This document shows, in pieces, positions 53,375-64,000 of a stretch of 64,000 nucleotides of DNA (its first letter is position 1; each line of letters starts with the position of its first letter). Position numbers and translations under genes: made by a program. The notes below the pieces were generated by a model. It ran no database searches. It worked only from the letters and a program-made list of their open reading frames with translations, and was not told where the DNA came from. The stretch is from Octopus vulgaris (taxonomy: Eukaryota), in NCBI GenBank assembly GCA_951406725.2, contig OX597825.1, forward strand, positions 72,478,001 to 72,542,000. The letters are read 5' to 3'.

Positions 53375-54645
53375 AACATTAAATCCTCCTTCTTTCTTTC
53401 CTTTCCTGGGTGTCCAATAACATCCTCACGTTGTTCCACATCCTCACGTTGTTGTGTTTTCTCTTTGTTCATGTTTGGAGTAACTATATATATATATATA
53501 TAAACGGGGGATTGCGAGTGTCTGTGCTCATGCTGGCTTGCGTGTCTTTGTATTTGTTCCTGCCCACCACTTGACAACCGGTGCTGGTGTGTTTACATCC
53601 CCGCAACTTATTGATAGTGATGTTGTTTTGTTCCATTATAACCTTCAAACCACTGCCCCAGGATTGCCGCTTTGCAATGACATAAAGAAGACAAAGCGAA
53701 AAGGCAAAAGGTAAAATAAAAACGAAAGCCAGGGAGATTCTGAAAAAGAGAAACTTTATGAAAAGATGGAGAGAAAAAGTGTCATACAAATGTATTTGCT
53801 TCATTGAAACAATATCAGACACTTAAAAAAGACACTGAATTAGACGGAAACATAGGAGTGAGACACTATGTTTTGTTAGAGAGAAATTAAGTAACGGAGA
53901 AAAACAAGGAATACTGAGAAGCAATGGCCGTGTACTACATCTATCCTCGTTTATCACGGTCGTTTGGTTTCCCCACCAAAATAGTGTTAAATGAATCGGT
54001 AATAAATGAGTAATAGGATATATGAAAGAGAAAGGCATCGGTTCCCAGATCCTAAGTTGTATCTGCTATGTTACACAATTAGCGCCACCAAACAGTTTTT
54101 AAATAGACGTACGCAGTAGAAGTTAAATTTGTTCCTTGACCGAGCTCGTTTTACGATCCACTCGTTTTACAAATCAATTTTCCCCGTGGAAATTAACTAA
54201 AATGTAATTAATCCATTCCAGCCCCACAAAACGACTCAAAAATAATTCGGCAGGGGGTTGGGGGAGGGAGTTAAAACAGAAAAGGTGTAGTCACAAGTAA
54301 AATGACAATTATGAAAAAAAAGAGACTGCAAAAGAAATATGTAAACTGGTTTTATTAATTGAATTAATTACCTTAAAGATGGGACGATTTGTATGCTCGT
54401 AGTGCGGATTTCCGCTCGTACTTCGAGACAACAATTCGCACGAGTCTCGGCTCTTACGGCAAATTACTCGTACAATGATGCACTCGTACTGCGAGGCTTT
54501 ACTGTAATGAGATTCTTTTCATGCTTGGAATAATAGTTAAGATAAGATTTAATAACAAAGAGGCATGGCTGTATGGTAAGAAGTTTGCTTTCCAGACACA
54601 TGGTTCTTGGTTCTGTGTGTATATGTATGTATGTATGTATGTATG

Positions 54646-54679
<34 letters not shown>

Positions 54680-54895
54680 TGTATGTGTGTATGTATGTAT
54701 GCATGCATGTATGTATGTATGTATGCATGTATGTATGTATGCATGCATGTATGTACGTATGTATGTGCGTATGTATGTATGTATGTATGTATGAATGTAT
54801 GTATGTATGTATGTATGTATGTATGTATGTATGTATGTATGTATGTATGTGTATGTATGTGGGTTGTTAGGTAGGCAGGTAGGTAGGTAGGTAGA

Positions 54896-55126
54896 GGCGG
54901 CGAGCTGGCAGAAACGTTAGCACGCCGGACGAAATGCTTAGCGCTATTTCGTCTGCGTTACGTTGCGAGTTCAAATTCCGCCGAGGTCGACTTTGCCTTT
55001 CATCCTTTCGGGGTCGATAAATTAAGTACCAGTTACGCACTGGGGTCGATGTAATCGACTTAATACCTATGTCTGTCCTTGTTTGTCCGCTCTGTGTTTA
55101 GCCCCTTGTGGGTAATAAAGAAATAG
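54896..55126 (+). mobile_element. SINE family B monomer in (TAGG)n
   Basis: Full copy GGCGGCGAGCTGGCAGAAACG...GTAATAAAGAAATAGG with TAGG repeats on both sides. Confidence 0.92.
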
Positions 55127-55467
55127 GTAGGTAGGTAGGTAGGTAGGTAGGTAGGTAGGTAGGTAGGTAGGTAAGTAGGTAGGTAGGTATAGAGGCAATG
55201 CTATGTAATGGAGACCTCCTGCGCGGTATCTTGGGCAAGTTTCTTCAAACCAACCCCGGACCAACGGATAACATTGTGTATACATGTAAGTATATACGTA
55301 TATGTCTATGTGTATATATGTATGTATATAAATATATTTGTATATATATATATGTATATATGTATGCGTATATGTGTGTGTATACATACATACATAAAAT
55401 GAAGATGTAGCAAAGCCAACGGTTGCGCTCCAGCATGACCCCCATTTTTCGAGTTGAAACTGCTTAA

Positions 55468-55545
<78 letters not shown>

Positions 55546-55953
55546 CCCCAGTATGGTCGCAGTCAAATAACAGAAAAACGTATAAGACACTATGCGCAAA
55601 TATTCGTACCTACCAGTCTCCCCCCCCCCACACACACACACACCTTCAAGTGTCCTGCGATTTCTCAAAACCTCCAATCAACGAATTGCTCTCAATTTAC
55701 TTTCAGGCTGGACTATTCGCCTGATTCCACTCAATAATCTTATTTACCAAAGTTTGGACATCACCGACATTCTCCAACTCCGAACGTAATCAGTGACGTC
55801 AGCAAACTGAGAATTCCGAGAATTTTGTGAAAGCCTAACTGACTTAGTCACCCCTAGTTACCGTTGCCTATCTTGCAACCTTTACACTCACACCTCATCA
55901 GTAGTTTAACAAATAGATACAGATATAATCAAGCACACACACATATATGTATG

Positions 55954-56031
<78 letters not shown>

Positions 56032-56044
56032 CGTGTATGTATGC

Positions 56045-56079
<35 letters not shown>

Positions 56080-56152
56080 CATAGATACAAAAATCTTTAT
56101 ATATTCAAGTATGTATAAGTGTGTAAGCATATATGTCTACGCTGTATGTATA

Positions 56153-56207
<55 letters not shown>

Positions 56208-56212
56208 ATATA

Positions 56213-56279
<67 letters not shown>

Positions 56280-56699
56280 TATGTATGTATTTATATATAT
56301 ATATATATATATATATGTATACACAGACATATATTTTAGTCGTAGTATGCTTTTCTTATTGCCTTTTTTACATGTAGTACAACTAACGATAGTTCTTACA
56401 CCCCAAACAATGTTATCCAACTACATCAATCAACTTCAATCTCTGCAGGTGTAGATGACTACCAGTCAACCTGTTAATTAATCTCCTCTGATTTTTCACA
56501 CTAACAAATCATACACACATGCAAACGTTCATAGATACATACACACATATATATTTACATAAATTACTGGGTGTTTGGGTTAAATTTGGTGGGGGTTTTT
56601 TTTCGTTTTCTTTTTACAAGAACACCTTTATGTAATGGTGAAAAGTCAGCGTTGTTGGAGATGATAAAGATAAAAGTTGTAGTTGAGAAAAATTTAGCT

Positions 56700-57122
56700 A
56701 ATATGGAGGACTGGGAAACCACCTGAACATTGGGAAAACGTTATGCGTATCATGAGGATTAGTACCGAGGTGTCAAAATGCCAACATCATGATCGCTGCT
56801 CAATGCTCTTTGAATACTGTAACGGCTGTAAGATGTGATATGGACAATTGCATCGGTGACTACGAAGCCATGGCCACCAGGAAGGGACACAGCAGGCGTT
56901 CTGACTGCGTCTGCAAACTGTAATTGATCCAACAACAGCAGGATTTATATATATATATATATTTCTGAGCAACCTATTTTCTTTAGAATTAGCCACAGAG
57001 CATTTCGATTAACAGTATCGAAAACAATGGTATAGGATAAGATTCTCTTCAATGTACTTTTCATGAAACTGTCTCATACTAAAGATACAATCAACTGTGC
57101 TCCTGGACGAGTGAGAACCACA

Positions 57123-57154
<32 letters not shown>

Positions 57155-58160
57155 ATTACGCACAAAGAAGCACTTTACAATACATATTTGTATATGCGTA
57201 ATAATACGCATATACGCACATAGCTCTGTCTATATCGAAGATCCTAGCAAGCGTATCCGGGCTTTGACGAGAGATATGCGTTTTGGAGGCACCACTAGTA
57301 AGTTGGCCCCGAATGAGGACCTTCGCTGCCACTCGAAGAAGAGGTATAAGGGTAAAAACGAAAGGGAACAGCTGTTCGAAGGCAAAGAAGTTCTCGGACA
57401 AACTGCGAAATCCTGTTAAACCGGAGATTATTTGGTCCTTTGCACATGAAAGGAATTACTGGCAGGATCAGTTACACAACACACAGAACAACAGATGGCT
57501 TGCCTACAGTCTATGTGATGTACCACGTATCATGAAAACCAAGTTACCCCAAACTGTGATAGTCTTTGGTTGTTTATCCAGTGGGAGTGAGGGTATGCCG
57601 CTCCACACCCTTATATGAGGCTGCTGGAGACCGTGGTCAAATCCTGGCACGCTGGGGAGGGTGCTGCCAGAAGATCATATGTATGGAAGTAGAATTCGGC
57701 TCCTTATTTCTTTATTGTCCACAAGGGGTTAAACATAGAGGAGACAAACAAGGACAGACAAAGGGATTAAGTCGATTTAATCGACCCCAGTCCGTAACTG
57801 GTACTTAATTTATCGACCCCGAAAGGATGAAAGGCAAAGTCGACCTCGGCGGAATTTTAACTCAGAGCGTAACGGCAGACGAAATACCGGTAAGCATTTC
57901 GCCCGGCGTGCTAACGATTCTGCCAGCTCGCCGCCATATTAGCCACAATTTCTGGCCACATAATTTTCCCCAATTGTAATCGCATGGATTACTATGTGTG
58001 TGGCGCAATTGAGGAAAACCTCAAGTGCTCTGCCAGCAACACTATGACCAGCTAGTGGCAAGGATTGGGATGTTCGACACTCTTCCCAAGAACACAGTAA
58101 CACATGTTTGTGCCAGGTTGCAGAACCGTCTGATGGCAGTGGAAGAAGGAAGGTGAGGGC
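56700..58160 (+). mobile_element. Decayed DD37D (maT)-like transposase, interrupted twice
   Basis: RKGHSRRSDC..EDPSKRIRAL..IIWSFAHERNYWQDQLHNTQNNRWLAYSLCDVPRIMKTKLPQTVIVFGCLSS; after the SINE insertion, NFWP...CNRMDYYVCGAIE. Confidence 0.75.
57703..57935 (-). mobile_element. SINE family B monomer
   Basis: Reverse complement of 54896-55126. Confidence 0.92.
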
Positions 58161-58239
58161 ACCTATTTTGCATAAATTGTTATCTCGTAGCCATAATCAA
58201 GTTGATTTTGGTTTTTACTTTTTTATAAAATACTTTTTA

Positions 58240-58515
58240 TCAAGGTCTCCTTATTTTACCCCCATCTTCCACGGCAAAAGATTCAGAGAGCCTACCACCA
58301 TAATAAACTCTAGCCTTCATATCTTGATGCAAAGCCATGATCGTCTTCACAAATTTTTCTGAACAACCTATTTTCCTTAGAATTAGCCACAGAGCATTTC
58401 GATTAACAGTATCGAAAACAATGGTATAGGATAAGATTCTCTTCAATGTACTTTTCATGAAACTGTCTCATACTAAAGATACAATCAACTGTGCTCCTGG
58501 ACGAGTGAAAACCAC
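58240..58515 (-). mobile_element. RTE-clade LINE reverse transcriptase fragment (partial copy at 56962-57118)
   Basis: GFHSSRSTVDCIFSMRQFHEKYIEEN..FDTVNRNALWLILRKIGCSEKFVKTIMALHQDMKARV..GRLSESFAVEDG. Confidence 0.85.
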
Positions 58516-58620
58516 ATACATACATACATACATACATACATACATACATACATACATACATACATACATACATACATACATACATACATACATACATACA
58601 TACATACATACATACATACA

Positions 58621-58652
<32 letters not shown>

Positions 58653-58782
58653 ATTACGCACAAAGAAGCACTTTACAATACATATTTATATATGCGTAAT
58701 AATACGCATATACGCACATAGCTCTGTCTATATATGTGTATTATTGTGGATTTGTGCATCAACGAATTTGTGAATAGAGGTG

Positions 58783-58868
<86 letters not shown>

Positions 58869-58965
58869 CAGATAGATAGATAGATAGAGATAGATAGATA
58901 GAGAGGAAAAAAGACAGACAGAGAAATACTAGTTCCTTTTACTTATGCCCACACACTTATATATA

Positions 58966-59041
<76 letters not shown>

Positions 59042-59722
59042 AATAAATGAAAGAATGGTGTTGAACGACGAATTAACAAAATTCCTTTATTTTATTTTAT
59101 TCAACTCCATTCTTTCATTTATTTGTATTTAAAAAAACACACAAATTTCCACACGATAGCACGTGATCTCTGCCCTAGCTTCAACCGTGTTTTTCTGACG
59201 TGAATTTGCTACCCAGGTATCGGTTAACCGAATTATCCATAATAAGATAATTCATTCGACTACTCAATTATTCTATATATATATATATATATATCCTGTG
59301 GAAAAACAATAACAAAACCGAAAAGTTGACTCGAAAGAAAAGTGCAAAGGGAGTGAGAGAAATGGAAGAGATATGATGGGGGGGTGAATGGTGAGAGATG
59401 CGATCGTTTCTGTTCTGTGGTGTATAATCGAAGTCTGACCAGATTCCTTTAACATTTAAGACAATGAGGCTGCTGAACGCTGTGTGTCCCCTAATGATAG
59501 TGCTCAGTCACAGCAAGACTCACTGATCCTTGATATTGCATCTGTATCGCTGCAGTTAATTGCGCCTTTCCCTCTGCTGCTGTCATCGCTTTAAATGCAG
59601 TTGCTGCACAATCATGAATATAAATGCATATATACACACACACACAACACACGCACACCTGCATAGCACGTCTGTACGCATGCGCACATGCAAGCATAAT
59701 ATGTGGGTATTAATGTGTATAT

Positions 59723-59723
59723 A

Positions 59724-59777
<54 letters not shown>

Positions 59778-59796
59778 CTTTATCATTATTAGTATT

Positions 59797-59832
<36 letters not shown>

Positions 59833-59875
59833 GTTGTTATTATTATTATTATTATTACTATTATTATTATTATTA

Positions 59876-59919
<44 letters not shown>

Positions 59920-59986
59920 GTTATTGTTATTATTATCATTATTATTATCATCATCATTATCTTTATTATTATTATTATTATTATTA

Positions 59987-60063
<77 letters not shown>

Positions 60064-60092
60064 ATTGTTATTATTAGTTTTGTTGTTGTTGT
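59723..60092. repeat. (ATT)n microsatellite
   Basis: About 370 bp of triplet run. Confidence 0.97.
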
Positions 60093-60240
60093 TACGCCTT
60101 TCACAAAATGTCTTGCGATACAGCGACCCATGGTTTCCTGGTCGAAATATTAATTTATTTCCCCAGTTTATCAAACCGTTAAAGCGGCAAAACGTTTCAG
60201 TAGTGCTCTGCTACCTGTTGAAAATCATACAACACAGTGT

Positions 60241-60283
<43 letters not shown>

Positions 60284-60299
60284 CACACACACACACACA

Positions 60300-60393
<94 letters not shown>

Positions 60394-60667
60394 CACACAA
60401 GAACACACACGCACGTATCTTGAGATACATAACCACCCGAAACAAAGCCGAAGCTCCGCCTTCTATTTCCTGGGTGAAATGGAAGTAAGGAAATCTCACA
60501 TCGTGACTCGTGGATCGGAGAGTCTGGTCTCGCAGATGGACATTCAAATCTATATTTAGTGACGTGAGAACGTTGAGCAGTTTACCTTCGTTTTGAGCTA
60601 ACACTAGGGTATGTGCACTCACGCTGCCTATTCTGGACACAGCCATGTTTGATGAGATGAACGAAGA

Positions 60668-61391
60668 ATACATACCTGCGTACATACATACATACATACA
60701 TACATACATACATACATACATACATACATACATACATACATACATGCATGCACGCATGCATGCATACATACATACATACATACATACATACATACATACA
60801 TACATACATACCTGCGTACATACATACATACATACATACATACATACATACTTACATACATACATACATGCACGCATGCATACATACATACATACATACA
60901 TACCTGCGTACATACATACATACATACATACATACATACATACATACATACATACATACATACATACATACATACATACATACATACGTACATACATACA
61001 TACATACATACATACATACATACATACAAACATACGTACATACATACAAATATACATACATACATACATACATACATACATACATACATACATACATACA
61101 TACATACATACATACATACATACATACATACATACATACATACATACATACATACATACATACATACATACATACAAACATACATACATACATACATACG
61201 TACATACGTACATACATACATACATACATACATACATACATACATACATACATACATACATACAAACATACATACATACATACAAACATACATACATACA
61301 TACATACATACATACATACATACATACATACATACATACATACATACATACATACATACATACATACATACATACATACATACATACATAC
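60668..61391. repeat. (TACA)n microsatellite of about 720 bp
   Basis: Tetranucleotide array with recurring variant blocks CCTGCG and TGCACGCATGCA. Confidence 0.97.
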
Positions 61392-61740
61392 CTGGTGCTT
61401 GTCTACTCCTCATGTAGAGTCTGACCACCTCTTGTACCTAGACCTTAGATCCTCCATGGCGTCTGATGTGGCTTTTTAAACCGGACAATGTATTGAAAAG
61501 ATACCCACATAGATTTCATATCCGATTTAGACGATCAAGAGGTGTAAGTTAAGCGTTAACCATAGTGTATCTTAAAATGTCTTTTGAGAAACCTTAATTT
61601 AATTTTAGCGATGTCTGCACACGCAAAGATATCTGTGTCAGAAACAAGGAAAATGCCACTTGTTTTTGAACACTATGCAAATATTCTTTTAAAAAAAACC
61701 TTTCCTTTTAATTTTTCTAAAATTTAATTGTTTTCCATAC

Positions 61741-61782
61741 TTACAGTTGAAAAAGTATCAATGGCTGAAACCGGTACTGAAA
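61741..61782 (+). ncRNA. Minimal type I hammerhead ribozyme, U3:A8 core variant
   Basis: TTaCAG TTGAAAA AGT atcaatg GCT GAA ACCGGT A CTGaAA. Stem I CAG/CTG, palindromic ACCGGT stem III, GUA cleavage after 61776. (TA)n lies about 50 nt downstream. Confidence 0.65.
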
Positions 61783-62166
61783 TGTTTTTTTATAAAATTG
61801 TTTTACCATTTTCTATCTTGACTTTTGTTTCCATATATATATATACATCGTTGTATAATCGACATAAAGGATGGTTTAAAGCTCTCTTTAGCCGCATGCA
61901 ATTGCTATACCAAAGATTTACATCACATTATGAAAAATCCGAAAGGTACATTTGGTATTACCCATAATGGTAGGTATATCGAGTCTCACTGAGAAAGTAT
62001 GTCGATTATACAATGATGTAAGAATAGGTCGTTTATAAGGCATGAAACACGTGTACCGCGACATCCTTTGTGTTCTGTTTTTTATTTCATTTGATGCATA
62101 TACCCTCTCACCTCTGCTACTAGCTGGCGTATACAGGTGCTTACACATATCAAGTATACACCCTAA

Positions 62167-62203
<37 letters not shown>

Positions 62204-63009
62204 TATATATATATATTTATGTACATCCGTAAATTTTGATGGTGTCCACAGGGACGGTCACCATTCTAGACTAGAACTAGGTATGTATATATTGTTGTCT
62301 ACATATGTAGAAGCGTAAAATAAGTGCAGGTTCATGCTTAAACATATACTTGCATGAGTATAAGTATATATTAACAAACATACACACTTGCACACGTACA
62401 CACACACGCAGTCATGAAAGTATATATACGTGTGAGAGAGAGAGAGAAAGCGGAGAGTGAGAGAGAGAGAGAATATATAAGGTGTGTGAGTATACATGTA
62501 TATTCATAAGCAGATGTATAAAATGCATCCATATAGACATGCACACCTCCATATCTTTATAAATACATGCATACACCAAGATATGTCTATGTATACATAT
62601 AACTACGTACTCACATATTTAAAAAAATTTGCTTCTATTTTGTATTCATGTATTTTGTTATCTGTTTGTAGTCATTAATGATTCCCGCTTTGGTCCACTC
62701 GTTATGAACCCAAGCCTTATCTCATGATGCTTAACAGTTCCTATCACAACATTAGCGCCCTGCTGTGATATTGGCAAAATGCATTTAATTTCAGTCGCCC
62801 ACTAACTGGACACTTGGCTGCTAAAACGTACCCTCTGGAACTATAGATCTCTGATGTAAAAACTAGATTCAACTCATAATGGAATAACAGCTGACAAAAT
62901 GCATAAACAATTAACTGACTTCGCCATTGTCGTCGTTGTAGTTGTCAATGCTGTTCGTAAGCTTTAAATTAGCTCTGATCGAGCAAAAGTTTGTTACACT
63001 GGTGGTAAT

Positions 63010-63308
63010 TCAGTGCCTTATGAGAGCTCAAAATCTCTCGTGGAAGTGTCATCCAACCAAAATGCAAATATATGGGAAACTACCACCTGTGTCATCTCTT
63101 GTGAAAGGTAGGAGAGTCCAGTTTGCTGGATATTGTTGTAGAGCTGAAAACGAAGCAATTTCTACTCTTCTCCTCGCAATACCAGAGGGCGCACACTCTC
63201 CTACCCTGATTGAATCTCCAGGAACAGGACCTCCGTAATGCTATGATGGACCGTGAAGTCTGGCGTAGCATGGTAAATTCCATTGTCTCGACCACGGTCG
63301 AACAGTGA
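63010..63308 (+). mobile_element. RTE-clade LINE 3' end
   Basis: LMRAQNLSWKCHPTKMQIYGKLPPVSSLVKGRRVQFAGYCCRAENE...DLRNAMMDREVWRSMVNSIVSTTVEQ*. Confidence 0.82.
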
Positions 63309-63433
63309 TGGTGGTAATTCAAAAAAAACAATGAACCGTCGATATTTGTTGATCTTCCATACCTTTTCCTTGTAGAGGACCACGCATATCTCCACAGAAA
63401 ATCGCAATGGTTTTTTATCATTGGGTATTATGT

Positions 63434-63725
63434 TTGTTCCTTCTCGAGCCATGCCTGGCTCATAAAGGCCGGTTTCCCGGTTTCCTTGGCGTATAGGTTC
63501 CCCCACCTGGACGGGACGCCGGTGAGCTGCTAGATGCAGAAGGAAAGAGTGAGAGAAAGTTGTGGCGAAAGAGTCAGCAGAAGTTCGCCATTACCTTCTG
63601 CCGGAGCCGCGTGGAGCTTAGGTGTTTCGCTCATAAATACACACATCACCCGGTCTGAGATTCGAACCTGCGATACCTCGACCGCGAGTCCGCTGCTCTA
63701 ACCACTACGCCATGTGCCTCCACAC
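63434..63725 (-). mobile_element. SINE family D-type with 12-bp TSD
   Basis: TGGGTATTATGT at 63422-63433 and 63726-63737. tRNA-like head; tail related to that of 45269-45577. Confidence 0.88.
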
Positions 63726-63847
63726 TGGGTATTATGTAGGAAACCGTAAATCTTTCCATCTCCTGCTGTCCACTGCTGACTTACGCCCTTCCTGAAATTG
63801 TTGATGCCGTGCCAAAATTCGAAACCAATATTTGATGTGATAGTTAA

Positions 63848-64000
63848 AGCGGCGAGCTGGCAGAAACGATTGTACGGAGGGTGAAATGCTTGGCAGCATT
63901 TCGTCCGTCATAACATTCTTGGTTCAAATTCCGCCGAGGTTGACTTGGTCTTTCATCCTTTTGAAGTCGATAAAATAGGTACCAGTTGAACACTTGGATC
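63848..64000 (+). mobile_element. SINE family B, degenerate, runs off the window end
   Basis: GCGGCGAGCTGGCAGAAACG...GGTTCAAATTCCGCCGAGGTTGAC...GTCGATAAAATAGGTACCAG. Confidence 0.85.

Noticed and set aside
59461-59594. Possible phase-1 exon (DNEAAERCVSPNDSAQSQQDSL...) that would join the 34911 donor in frame
   Set aside because: Weak acceptor, phase match expected one time in three, short frame, no homology recognised.

Overview
AT-rich eukaryotic DNA saturated with microsatellites ((TA)n, (CA)n, (TACA)n, (GATA)n, (ATT)n). The repeat landscape looks like an Octopus (coleoid cephalopod) genome; this is an inference from repeat style and was not checked. Almost every ORF in the supplied track is a microsatellite translation artefact. 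The supported content is: four abundant tRNA-derived SINE families, decayed LINE fragments (CR1-like, R4/Dong-like, RTE), a decayed Penelope-like element with a GIY-YIG remnant, several Tc1/mariner remnants and MITEs, many foldback palindromes, and one candidate host-gene coding exon (34701-34911, +). The most striking signal is a set of short, mutually unrelated non-coding elements, mostly embedded in microsatellites, each carrying a type I hammerhead ribozyme fold. Their catalytic cores covary at the 3:8 tertiary pair (C:G, U:A, G:C, U.G). Two of them are near-perfect or perfect palindromes that encode a hammerhead on each strand. All folds were derived by eye and none has been tested for activity.
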